From an uncultured Verrucomicrobiae bacterium (GTDB lineage: Bacteria > Verrucomicrobiota > Verrucomicrobiia > Limisphaerales > Palsa-1400): a stretch of 64,000 bases of DNA. Both the position numbers and the translations under genes were made by a program. Numbering within the stretch: the stretch's first letter is position 1; every line of letters begins with the position of its first letter. Shown piece by piece: positions 1 through 8,411 of this stretch. A model generated the notes under the pieces. It was not told the origin of the DNA, ran no database searches, and was given only the letters and a program-made list of their open reading frames with translations. The stretch covers positions 448,001 through 512,000 of the forward strand of contig CAVXRD010000004.1 in the NCBI GenBank assembly GCA_963764165.1, read 5' to 3'.

Positions 1-24
1 TTCCATTTCAGGCGTCTGTCCATA

Positions 25-627
25 TCACGCGTGGATGCCTTCCTCGGGCGGTTCGCCTTCGGATTGTTGACTGGCGATGTCGGCTGCGTCGCGGCGGATT
101 TTTAGGTTGACTGCGCAGGAGGCGGCGAAGAAATCGGCGCAGAAGGAATCGACGGCGCAGACATTTGGCTCTCTGGATTTCTCTTGGCAGCGCGCAGCCA
201 TGGCTTCGATTCGTTCGACGGGGAGGCTGCTCATCGATGCTTCGTTTATTTTGCCGATGGTTGCCAGCAAATCGACGAGGCCTTTCCAGGGCTGCTTTTC
301 ATCGATCATGATGGCGATGGCGCCAGGCACCCCTTTTTGCGAGGTGGCGCAGCGGCAGGCGATGCCGCGCTGTCCAAGTTCGGCGCAGGCGAGGATCTTG
401 GTGAGGTTGGCGCAAAATGCGCCGATGGTATTTTCGCAATTTGGATCGAAGGAGGCGGCTTCCGCGCGGGCGCGGACGGATTCGGCTTCTGCGTCGCTCG
501 CGCCGGCCAGCCGTTTTTCAATCGTATGGCAAATGCTCTTGAGGATTTTTTGCATGGCAACCCACGGTTCGACAGAACTGATGACGATCGCGTGGGCTGG
601 GGCGGGGTTTTCGGGTTCGGTGTTCAT
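25..627 (-). CDS. Phage hypothetical protein
   Basis: 200-aa ORF co-oriented with the leftward early operon; stop/start overlap (GCATGA) at its 3' end. Confidence 0.7.
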   Translation of the reverse strand: MNTEPENPAPAHAIVISSVEPWVAMQKILKSICHTIEKRLAGASDAEAESVRARAEAASFDPNCENTIGAFCANLTKILACAELGQRGIACRCATSQKGVPGAIAIMIDEKQPWKGLVDLLATIGKINEASMSSLPVERIEAMAARCQEKSREPNVCAVDSFCADFFAASCAVNLKIRRDAADIASQQSEGEPPEEGIHA

Positions 628-643
628 AGGCCTTTTGAATTTT

Positions 644-1051
644 TTAGGATTTAGGGAAACGGCGAAGAAGCGCTTCGATCAGCCTGGTGCTGCTCGGACG
701 CGCAAGTTTGCGGATGAGAAGGGCGTCGCGGATGGCCGCGACTTCGTCCCGGGTGAAATTGTCAGACCATGCGTGGCATTTGTCGCAGAGGTTTTTTTCG
801 ACCCAGCAGCATCCGCCGGCGCAGGCGCGTTCGTTGGTGCAGCCGCAGCCGCGGCATTTCCATTTGGAGGTGTCTTCGCCGAAGGGGTTTTCGATGTCGG
901 CATTTTCGATGGCGACTTGGTTGCGCGCGGCGTTGAATTGGCGGTGCATTTCTTCTCGGCGCGCGGCGGATGTCGCGTCTGCGCGGACGGGTTGCAGGTT
1001 TCGCGTCCTCGGACGCCTCGGCGAGGCGTCCCTACCTTTTAATGTGCTCAT
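644..1051 (-). CDS. Phage Cys-rich zinc-finger protein
   Basis: ATG at 1051 overlaps the integrase stop; motif CRGCGCT-x4-CAGGCCWV-x4-CDKC. Confidence 0.7.
   Translation of the reverse strand: MSTLKGRDASPRRPRTRNLQPVRADATSAARREEMHRQFNAARNQVAIENADIENPFGEDTSKWKCRGCGCTNERACAGGCCWVEKNLCDKCHAWSDNFTRDEVAAIRDALLIRKLARPSSTRLIEALLRRFPKS
1010..1037. repeat. REP-like palindrome CGGACGCCTCGGCGAGGCGTCCCTACCT (copy 1)
   Basis: Hairpin GGACGCCTCG/CGAGGCGTCC next to CTAC (GTAG on the other strand); identical 28-bp copy at 6431-6458. Confidence 0.85.
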
Positions 1052-2637
1052 GCGATTTTTTGGTTGGGTAACGTTACTATGTTTGACTGCGAGGGGAGAT
1101 TTAGGACGGTCCACGCGGGGTCGCCTGTTGTCGGGATCCAGGTCATTTTGGGGCCGTCGCCTTGGAGCCAGTTGGTGGGGACGGCGCCGTAGGTTGTGCT
1201 GAGGAGCTGGGGCCCGCCGCGGTGGCCGATCATGATGCTGATCTCGACGTCGCTCTTGCCCCAGCTTCGCCAGGCGGTGACGAAGTAGGCGCGGGCGCCG
1301 TGGCTGGTGAGTTTGCGGCCGAGGTGTTTGCGGCTTGCATGGAGGTTTTTGCCTAGCGTGGCTTTGTTGGCGGGGCTTTTGCCGCTGGTGTTGTAGCCGG
1401 GGAAATACCAGGGGGACTCGGGCCATGCGATTTTGCGCCATTGAAAGAGGGCGTCGAGGAGCTGGCGGAGTTCGGGGGTGATGGCGATGTAGGGGTTGAC
1501 GCCGCCTTTGCAGCGGGACATTTCGATTTGCTTCCAGGCGCCGGTTTGCTTGTCGACGATGATATGCCCGGGCTGGCCGGGGGCGGCGTCGGCGCGGAGG
1601 CGGAGTGCTTCCTGGGTGCGGACTCCGGTGAAGGCTTCAAATAGATATTGCCACCCGCAGACGACGGTGCGGATGTCGCTGGTGAAGAGGCGGCGGGCGA
1701 TTGCGTGGAGCTCTTCGGCGTCGCGGGGCATGAATTCGCGGCAGTGTTTGACGTCGCGGGAGTTGACGTATTTGACGCGCTGGCCGTAGACGGGGTTGTA
1801 TTTGGCGAGGCCGCAGCGGACGGCCCAGGTGAAGGCGTTGGAGAGGGCGCCCAACTCGGAATCTATGGTGGTGTGGCCGGGGCCGCGGATGATTTTGGAG
1901 GCGCGGATCTGCTTCAGGCGGTGGTCGCAGTAGCTGTCCATGGTCTGGAGGTTGACGTTCTCGATGGGCATGTTGTCCCAGTAGCCGAGGAGCATTTCGC
2001 AGGCGCGTTTTTGGGCTTTGCGGGCTTGGATGGGGCGCTGGGCGCGGCGGCGGTCGGGGCAGTTGTCGGCAATGTAGCGGCGAATGATGTCGCCGGTTGT
2101 GGTCAATACTTTTTTGGCGTAGGGATCGGGGGCGGCGCCGACTTTGGATTTGGCGTGGTTGAGCTGGTTTTGGGCGAGGGTTTGCCGGGCGGTTTTTTCG
2201 TGATTTGTCTCAAGGCTGCGGAAGGTGGGTTTTCCGTTGATGCGGGGGCGCTCGTAATACATGCCGGTTTTTACGTAGCGGTAGAGGCCGCCGCCGCAGC
2301 TTTCCCATGTTTTTAGTTTTAGCTCGGGCTGGGCGGTGTCGGCGGCGGGTTGAACACGCTTTTTTTTGTCTCCAAGGTTTCTAAGAGCGAGGAGTGCAGC
2401 ATTTTCACTTCGTATTTCGCCAACTTGGCTTGGCAAAGAAATTCTTCCGCTTCCGCCCTGAACTTGACGCACTTCTTCCGCTCGATCCGGACGGCCACAT
2501 ATATCAGGAGTTGCTCGGCCAGGCAGATCGCCCAAATCAGCCGCATTAAGGTGTCGTATTTCATTTGTGGGATGGGGACAAAGCCGGGACGGCTCTGCCA
2601 CTCTTTCATTGTCAATTATACATTTGTCGGGATGCAT
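1048..2637 (-). CDS. int: Tyrosine recombinase / phage integrase (true start may be downstream of 2637)
   Basis: Catalytic residues TGVRTQE (R), RCKGG (K), HGAR (HxxR), IGH (H), TTYG (Y); N-terminal GLYRY..YYER arm-binding-like segment. Confidence 0.92.
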   Translation of the reverse strand: MHPDKCIIDNERVAEPSRLCPHPTNEIRHLNAADLGDLPGRATPDICGRPDRAEEVRQVQGGSGRISLPSQVGEIRSENAALLALRNLGDKKKRVQPAADTAQPELKLKTWESCGGGLYRYVKTGMYYERPRINGKPTFRSLETNHEKTARQTLAQNQLNHAKSKVGAAPDPYAKKVLTTTGDIIRRYIADNCPDRRRAQRPIQARKAQKRACEMLLGYWDNMPIENVNLQTMDSYCDHRLKQIRASKIIRGPGHTTIDSELGALSNAFTWAVRCGLAKYNPVYGQRVKYVNSRDVKHCREFMPRDAEELHAIARRLFTSDIRTVVCGWQYLFEAFTGVRTQEALRLRADAAPGQPGHIIVDKQTGAWKQIEMSRCKGGVNPYIAITPELRQLLDALFQWRKIAWPESPWYFPGYNTSGKSPANKATLGKNLHASRKHLGRKLTSHGARAYFVTAWRSWGKSDVEISIMIGHRGGPQLLSTTYGAVPTNWLQGDGPKMTWIPTTGDPAWTVLNLPSQSNIVTLPNQKIA

Positions 2638-2669
2638 ATTTTGTTTTGGGTTGAGGGTTAATCTGGAAA

Positions 2670-3026
2670 TCAGGAACGGGGGCCGATTCTTGAAATTATC
2701 AGCTCGCCATGCTCTTGGACGGCATCAACGAGGTTGTCGGTTCGGACGTGGATCGACGGATTGGCGCCGAGCAATTCAGCGGCGCGAAATACTGCGATCA
2801 GCGAATTAACCCACGTCGGCAAATCCGTGTGCGGCTTTCCATCCGGCCAAACAAGGTCTTTGATGCGGTTGCCGCCTTCTGCGGCGTTGGCGGATTGTGT
2901 CGGGCTCTTGCCCCAAGTTAAAACGTGCGAGGTGGATCCGTCCGAACAGACGATGATGATTTCGCTCTGAAAGTGTTCCTCGGCCCATTTCTTGGCGTCT
3001 TCCCAGGGGATTTGTTTTTCGCTCAT
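2670..3026 (-). CDS. Phage hypothetical protein
   Basis: 118-aa ORF with ordinary globular composition in the leftward operon. Confidence 0.7.
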   Translation of the reverse strand: MSEKQIPWEDAKKWAEEHFQSEIIIVCSDGSTSHVLTWGKSPTQSANAAEGGNRIKDLVWPDGKPHTDLPTWVNSLIAVFRAAELLGANPSIHVRTDNLVDAVQEHGELIISRIGPRS

Positions 3027-3200
3027 AAAGGGAAAGTTTTAATCAGGAACGTCCGAACTCAGGAACGGAGGCTGCAATTCTTGCGAGGGCCATCCAGGGG
3101 GCGACGTCTTTGCCGCGGAGGCTGTCAAAGGGTTCCCAGGGCTCCCACGGATGGCGCATGACGTGGCGGGCGTGCAAATCGCGGGCCTGCGCATACATTG

Positions 3201-3286
3201 CTTTGCGGCTTGGCGTCTTTGCGCCGTTGCGTTGAAGTCCGGACAGGGAACTTAACGCAAAGGCGCAGAGGCGCAGGGACGCAAAG
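3201..3286. repeat. Paired host-type (A)ACGCAAAG repeats in inverted arrangement
   Basis: CTTTGCG..TTGCGTTGAA, 15-nt spacer, TTAACGCAAAGGCGCAGAGGCGCAGGGACGCAAAG; similar units at 54243-54271 and 56015-56051. Confidence 0.7.
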
Positions 3287-3360
3287 AAGCGGCGAAACCC
3301 AAGAGTTACTTTTTCAATATTGTAGGATTTTTTGGCCATTGTCGGTAAAATTTTTTGTGG

Positions 3361-3681
3361 TTAGAACCAGTGATTGCACCTCGCGCAGTGGAACTTGGAT
3401 GACTTCATGCAGGAGCCGGCAAAGATCAGGATCAGGCCGGTGAAGAAAACGGGTATCAGGCAGATGCCGACAATCAGCAGCGCTTTGGCGGTGCCGGTCA
3501 TTTTATCCGACGGCAGAGAAGTGACGGCGGTGTGGCAACGGGGGCATTGAACGGCGCGGAACGATTGGCCATCGGCGGAAAGGGTGGATCTGCAAACAGG
3601 GCAGGAGCAAAGGCCGTGATACGCCGGGTCGGGCGCCAGCTCGTTGGCGCAGACGGGGCATGTGGTGGCGATGGCTTGCAT
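3361..3681 (-). CDS. Membrane zinc-ribbon protein with LITAF-like domain
   Basis: CPVC..CPVC ribbon, then CPRC-x~15-hydrophobic hairpin (LLIVGICLIPVFFTGLILIFAG)-HCARC. Confidence 0.7.
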   Translation of the reverse strand: MQAIATTCPVCANELAPDPAYHGLCSCPVCRSTLSADGQSFRAVQCPRCHTAVTSLPSDKMTGTAKALLIVGICLIPVFFTGLILIFAGSCMKSSKFHCARCNHWF

Positions 3682-3685
3682 GCTT

Positions 3686-4099
3686 TTAACACATCCCGGC
3701 CAGGTCGATGATGACGAGGCGCAAGGACTCATTCTCATGGGCGGAGGCGCGGATGGTTTCGACGGCTTTTTCAAACGCGCTGTCCATCTTGTTGGCTACG
3801 TAGGGCGGTGATTTTTCCTCGATGATGATGCCGCCGTGGCGCGGGCCGATCTCGACGAGCTCGCGGCCCTGGGCGGGGAATTCATCTTCGAGATGGGCGA
3901 CGGTCAAATCGTATATGTGCTCGGGTTTATCGAAGGCCTTGATGATGGATTCGACTTGAGGGCGGGACGGGCTTTCGACGCGGCCCAGGGTGATTTGGTT
4001 GAGGGTGGGGCGCGAAATGCCGGTGCGCTCGGCGAGATGGCGGAAGTTCATGCCGACTTCCTCCATGACTGTTTTTAATTTGTTGCCAAAGTAGCCCAT
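3686..4099 (-). CDS. XRE-family HTH phage repressor (CI-like)
   Basis: FGNKLKTVM..MNFRHLAERTGISRPTLNQITLG..P HTH; divergent from the rightward early operon. Confidence 0.85.
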   Translation of the reverse strand: MGYFGNKLKTVMEEVGMNFRHLAERTGISRPTLNQITLGRVESPSRPQVESIIKAFDKPEHIYDLTVAHLEDEFPAQGRELVEIGPRHGGIIIEEKSPPYVANKMDSAFEKAVETIRASAHENESLRLVIIDLAGMC

Positions 4100-4132
4100 C
4101 GCTGGAAATGTTTTTAACCGCACTCCGTTTTG

Positions 4133-4230
4133 AAGGCAAGAACTATTTGTTAGATTTTATAGACAAAAGAAAATTGCGATTGTGAATAACTTTTTCTTGC
4201 CTTTGTCTGCGTTTTGCATCAAGATGCAAA
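4133..4230. promoter_or_regulatory. Lysis/lysogeny switch: divergent promoters and operator
   Basis: AT-rich intergenic region; inverted AAGGCAAGAA (4133-4142)/TTCTTGCCTT (4194-4203), each giving a TTGCCT -35-like hexamer; perfect palindrome TTTGCATC-AA-GATGCAAA (4213-4230) just before the ATG at 4233. Confidence 0.65.
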
Positions 4231-4232
4231 TT

Positions 4233-4430
4233 ATGGATAGTGAATTGAATCCGAAATTGAGAGTGACGAGAATGCTGTTGAACGCGGCCAAATCGATTCG
4301 GCGCGGGAAACAGTTTGCGCTTATCCCGGCGGCGCTGGAGCTGGAAAAGGAGTTTGAGGCGCGCGTCGCTGAACTGGAAGACGAGGGCGGCAAGCCCCGG
4401 CGCGGCAAGAGAGAGCCGATCGCGGCGTAG
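4233..4430 (+). CDS. Small protein in the Cro position
   Basis: 65-aa ORF divergent from the repressor; no clear HTH seen. Confidence 0.55.
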   Translation: MDSELNPKLRVTRMLLNAAKSIRRGKQFALIPAALELEKEFEARVAELEDEGGKPRRGKREPIAA

Positions 4431-4480
4431 ATTCACCATTCGAAATTCACCCATCACCATTTAACTCCCCCCGCCCCTCC

Positions 4481-4783
4481 ATGAATGCAAACCCGACAAA
4501 AGAATGCCCCGCCAACGGGATAGAAATTTTTGACCGTCCTGCGGACACCAAGCCTAACGAGGCGTTTGGTTCGATGTGCATCTTTGACCGCACGGCGGTC
4601 AATGTCGCGCGGGTGCGCGTGTCTGAGCAGGCGGATCGGAGTTTTGTGGTTTACAAGACTGCCGGGAATCGGACTTCGCGGGTGCCATACCAGCGCCGAG
4701 CGGCGGCGATTGAGTACGCCAAGAAGTGGATCGAGGAGCGCATTGCGCTGGCGATGGCTGAGAGGGAGGAGGTGGCGGCGTGA
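4481..4783 (+). CDS. Phage hypothetical protein
   Basis: 100 aa; ends EEVAA with a GTGA overlap into the next ORF. Confidence 0.7.
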   Translation: MNANPTKECPANGIEIFDRPADTKPNEAFGSMCIFDRTAVNVARVRVSEQADRSFVVYKTAGNRTSRVPYQRRAAAIEYAKKWIEERIALAMAEREEVAA

Positions 4784-5193
4784 GTTCTCAACAGAAGGAC
4801 GCGAAGGTTGCGGCCGGGACGGTTGAAATTCTCATTGAAAATCGCGGGCGCCGGTTTCTCTTCCAATGCAAACAGTTGGTTGAGGGGTTTGCGGTGGATC
4901 CTGTTTTGCCGCGTGAATTTGACTGCACTCCGAACGATGGCCGCACTGATCGGGATTTGGCGTGGTGGGATGTTCCTTTTATTCGGACGACGGAGCGATT
5001 TGGCGCGAACCTGCAATACGGCAGGGATGGCTTTGAGGTGCGCTGCCTGGACGGCGGCGCTTGGGATCGCTCCACTTACTTGGGCTGGGCGGATTCCGTC
5101 GAGAGGGCTGTTGAGATCGCGAAGGCTGGATCGGTTTGGAAAAGAGGCGTGCCGGCTGTTTATCCGGTGGTGGGGACGGGGGTGGCGGCGTGA
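4780..5193 (+). CDS. Phage hypothetical protein
   Basis: Translationally coupled; EVRCLDGGAWDRST motif. Confidence 0.7.
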   Translation: MSSQQKDAKVAAGTVEILIENRGRRFLFQCKQLVEGFAVDPVLPREFDCTPNDGRTDRDLAWWDVPFIRTTERFGANLQYGRDGFEVRCLDGGAWDRSTYLGWADSVERAVEIAKAGSVWKRGVPAVYPVVGTGVAA

Positions 5194-5444
5194 GCGCGGG
5201 CACAGCAAAGACGGATCGCGACGAGGACGAGGATTTGATCCAGCAATGCATCGAGGCCATCCGCAGCGAACAGACTGCGAGTGTTTCTTTCCTGCAGCGA
5301 CGGATGCGAATGGGCTACACGCGAGCCGCCCGCATCATGGATGAATTGGAATTCCGCGGGATCGTGGGACCGCTGCGCAAAAACTCAAATCTGCGGGATA
5401 TCACGCGGCATAAGCCCCAGACTTCAAAGCCCGTCAGACGATGA
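5190..5444 (+). CDS. Stand-alone FtsK gamma (winged-helix) domain protein
   Basis: DLIQQCIEAIRSEQTASVSFLQRRMRMGYTRAARIMDELEFRGIVGP matches the FtsK gamma consensus. Confidence 0.9.
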   Translation: MSAGTAKTDRDEDEDLIQQCIEAIRSEQTASVSFLQRRMRMGYTRAARIMDELEFRGIVGPLRKNSNLRDITRHKPQTSKPVRR

Positions 5445-5659
5445 ACGTTGCGCTTCTATTTCAAGATCGCAGCCGGGCAGCATCGCTGTCGTGCCCGCAA
5501 TGCGGCGCTGCCATCTATGCGCCGGATCGCGTCACGCTGCATGACAAATTGATTCTGCATTTGGATCTCTGCCCGAGGTCCATCATAGATGCCAAGGCGC
5601 GGGCGGAGGTGGCTCCCCTGCCCGCGCCTTGCGCTATTTCGGGGGAGGTTGCCACATGA
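5441..5659 (+). CDS. Small zinc-finger protein
   Basis: CPQC...HLDLC; coupled ATGA overlaps. Confidence 0.6.
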   Translation: MNVALLFQDRSRAASLSCPQCGAAIYAPDRVTLHDKLILHLDLCPRSIIDAKARAEVAPLPAPCAISGEVAT

Positions 5660-5898
5660 TGGGGCCCGGGAAATACGATTCGGTGGCGAGCGCAGCGCGC
5701 CATATTTGCGTAGCTGAGGGCGTGGTGCTGATTGTCTTCAACGGACTCGCAGGTTCTGGCTTCCAATGCCAGCTTCCACCCAAGCTCGCCGAGGAAATGC
5801 CGAAAATTCTGCGCGAAGTGGCGGAGCAGATTGAGCGTGATTTGCAGCGCGAGGCGGCGATGAACGTAACTGCGCCTCCGCCTGGTGTGACTATTTGA
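5656..5898 (+). CDS. Phage hypothetical protein
   Basis: MMGPGKYD start coupled to the upstream stop. Confidence 0.65.
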   Translation: MMGPGKYDSVASAARHICVAEGVVLIVFNGLAGSGFQCQLPPKLAEEMPKILREVAEQIERDLQREAAMNVTAPPPGVTI

Positions 5899-5902
5899 TA
5901 AT

Positions 5903-6400
5903 ATGAAAATCGTTTCTCCATCGCGAATTTCCACGGCTGAACCGGACAGGCTGAAGCCTGCACAACTTGCGCCCGAGGCAAAATTGTCGATCGGGCGGTG
6001 CAAGTATTGCGGGGAGGCGTTTTCGGCGTCGAGCAGGGCGAAACTGGGGGCGGCGATTTCGCTGCATTTGCCGGTGTGCCCGAAGATTGAGCCGATCTTG
6101 CCGCCCGGGTTCATCACGCTGGAGGTGGCGGCGGTGCGGCTGGGGCTTTCGACGGCGACGGTTCGCAGGCGGGCCATCGCGTGGCAGGAGCATTCGGTCT
6201 TCATGTATATCCGAACGAAGATTAATAATTTTGGCCGGGTGTTTTACTGCGAGTCTGATTGCATGGCGTTGTACACGCCGGAGTCCCCGGGAGAGGAAGC
6301 GAACAAGCCGAAGCGCCGGGGCCGCAAACGTGTCTTGTTTACACATTCTCCGCGCGGGCGCGGCGACGCGACTGGCCAGCGGCAATTATCTATCGGGTGA
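5903..6400 (+). CDS. Zinc finger plus excisionase-like HTH DNA-binding protein
   Basis: CKYC..HLPVC then ITLEVAAVRLGLSTATVRRR HTH. Confidence 0.65.
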   Translation: MKIVSPSRISTAEPDRLKPAQLAPEAKLSIGRCKYCGEAFSASSRAKLGAAISLHLPVCPKIEPILPPGFITLEVAAVRLGLSTATVRRRAIAWQEHSVFMYIRTKINNFGRVFYCESDCMALYTPESPGEEANKPKRRGRKRVLFTHSPRGRGDATGQRQLSIG

Positions 6401-6401
6401 T

Positions 6402-7127
6402 ATGGCGCTCGATGAAATATCGCACGCTACCGGACGCCTCGGCGAGGCGTCCCTACCTAATTTGGCGGTGCAAACTCGTCTGTCGGGCGAGGCTCATAAA
6501 CCGTCTGAGGCGCGCGTCCTGGGGGGCGCGCGTCTCACTAACTTAAAATCTCCCGCGCTATCGAAGCGCGGGCGGCGAGGCCGCCCCGATCGGACGATGC
6601 CTTCGGGCCGTCCCGAACGGGCGATGCCGGCCGGGCGCAGTGTGGTTGTCACTGCGCCCGGTGTTTCTTTGTCGGTCGATATTTCTCCCGGGAACAGCAG
6701 CCCGGGGGAGAAACGGTGTTGCCATAGAGCATCGTCAAAGAGTGCGGTTGAATCACAGGCCGCAACGCCCGCGCGCCGAATGGAAGCGGCGCGCGGGAAG
6801 CGGTCGGCCCGCACCATTGTGCCGGCGATTCCGGAACAAGCTATTGTTGACGCTATTTTGAAGATGGCTGGCGCGGAGTTAATTTTCGCGCCGCGTTTCA
6901 TTGCGTCCACCTTCGGCCTGCCGGTTGACCAGGTGCGCGTGCATTGCCAACTGCTGGCCCAGGTGGGAAAGCTGGGGCCGACGCCGCGACATGGTGAAAC
7001 GTGGTACCGCAAACCGGTTTTGCGGCAGGCTGAATTGGCGTTGCCGAAGTTGAATTTAATGCAGGCTGCCGGGGGTGACGCTCCGGTTTCGCGGGCTGCG
7101 GTTCGCGATTTCCCGCAAGGGACGTAA
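6402..7127 (+). CDS. Phage hypothetical protein with C-terminal winged-HTH-like region
   Basis: ATG immediately after the upstream stop; PRFIASTFGLPVDQVRVHCQLLAQVGKL. Confidence 0.5.
   Translation: MALDEISHATGRLGEASLPNLAVQTRLSGEAHKPSEARVLGGARLTNLKSPALSKRGRRGRPDRTMPSGRPERAMPAGRSVVVTAPGVSLSVDISPGNSSPGEKRCCHRASSKSAVESQAATPARRMEAARGKRSARTIVPAIPEQAIVDAILKMAGAELIFAPRFIASTFGLPVDQVRVHCQLLAQVGKLGPTPRHGETWYRKPVLRQAELALPKLNLMQAAGGDAPVSRAAVRDFPQGT
6431..6458. repeat. REP-like palindrome (copy 2)
   Basis: Identical to 1010-1037. Confidence 0.85.
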
Positions 7128-7193
7128 GTGGATGTCAATGGTTCACACTCCTTAAAAATCTCATCCTGCGCCAATTTGGAAACTCAAAATTAC

Positions 7194-7415
7194 ATGGCTG
7201 TTCTGACGGTGTTTGCGTTCAGGCGCGGGTCAGAGCCGCTGGTGAAGCGGCACGACACGCATGAAATCATCGAGGCCTGCAAATCGCCGAGCGTGGCTGG
7301 CATCATTCGTTTGATCGAAGCGCCTAATGAGATCGAGGCGCGGGCCATTGCAAACAAGCTCGTGCGCGCCGGTGAATTTGAAAAGACTTTCGGACATCCC
7401 GATTACGCGAAATAA
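7194..7415 (+). CDS. Phage hypothetical protein
   Basis: 73-aa ORF in the early operon. Confidence 0.55.
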   Translation: MAVLTVFAFRRGSEPLVKRHDTHEIIEACKSPSVAGIIRLIEAPNEIEARAIANKLVRAGEFEKTFGHPDYAK

Positions 7416-7419
7416 TTTT

Positions 7420-7743
7420 ATGGCGATTCAAATTCAAGAGATCACGGTGACGGCGGCGCGGACGTTCAATCATCCGCACGAGCAGTATTCCAATTTGCGG
7501 CCGGAGGTGACGATCAGGGCCACGCTGGGGCCCGATGATGACGCCACGGCGGCGGTGAAGGCGATGCAGGCGCAGGCGGAGGGTTTGGTCGAGGACCACA
7601 AACGGAACATGCTCCAAAGCATCAACGAGCTTTACGAGATGTCGCAGGAACAGGCGGAGCTGAAGGGCCTGCAAAAGCAGCTCACCGGAGCGCAGGCGCG
7701 GATTGATGAGATTCGCGCGAAACATCCGCAACTGATCGCATGA
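7420..7743 (+). CDS. Phage coiled-coil hypothetical protein
   Basis: ITVTAARTFNHPHEQYSNLRPEVT plus a coiled coil; AT-rich leader. Confidence 0.75.
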   Translation: MAIQIQEITVTAARTFNHPHEQYSNLRPEVTIRATLGPDDDATAAVKAMQAQAEGLVEDHKRNMLQSINELYEMSQEQAELKGLQKQLTGAQARIDEIRAKHPQLIA

Positions 7744-8057
7744 TTGACTCCACGATAATTGACGAGCTGCAAAAGAATCTCGCGGCGGCTGAGGTGAATA
7801 TCAGCCGTTCCGCAAAACTCCTGGAGACGCTCAAGCAAATCTCTTCCGGTCCGACGGACCATTACAAGCCGGATTATCTGGCTAAGCTCGCAGAGGTCTT
7901 GAGGATTGCATTTAAGGATCGCACTTTCACTTGGAAGGAAGCTAGACACATCTGGACGGTTCTCGATATCGAGCCCCTGAATTGCGGAAATGCGTTTGAC
8001 GCCTTGTTGAGAGTTAATCAGCTCAAGAGAGTTCCGCTGGGATTTCAAGTCGTTTAA
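7740..8057 (+). CDS. Phage hypothetical protein
   Basis: ATGA-coupled 105-aa ORF. Confidence 0.65.
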   Translation: MIDSTIIDELQKNLAAAEVNISRSAKLLETLKQISSGPTDHYKPDYLAKLAEVLRIAFKDRTFTWKEARHIWTVLDIEPLNCGNAFDALLRVNQLKRVPLGFQVV

Positions 8058-8411
8058 TTTCCGCATGAAAATGCCTGTCACCCATAAAACGGCCGGAAAG
8101 TCCGGTTCTCAAACGCCGTCGAAATCAAAGGCGGCCAAGTGCGTCCACCGGACGGGGCTTTGGACGATGGAGGTTTTCATCGGACCGGACGGAAAGCGAA
8201 GGAAGGACCATTCGCTGACTCGACAGGTACCGGCACGATCCGACTCCCGAACTTGTGGAGTCTCTCAAGGGCTGCTCCTCACCCGAGCCGATCCTGATCA
8301 TCACACGGCAGGTTGTGCGGCCTGCCCGCCAAAAGGCCGATTACACACAATTGGCGCTGCCTGGCATTGACCCGGCACAGTCACACACACATAAATAGGC
8401 TCACTCACTTC

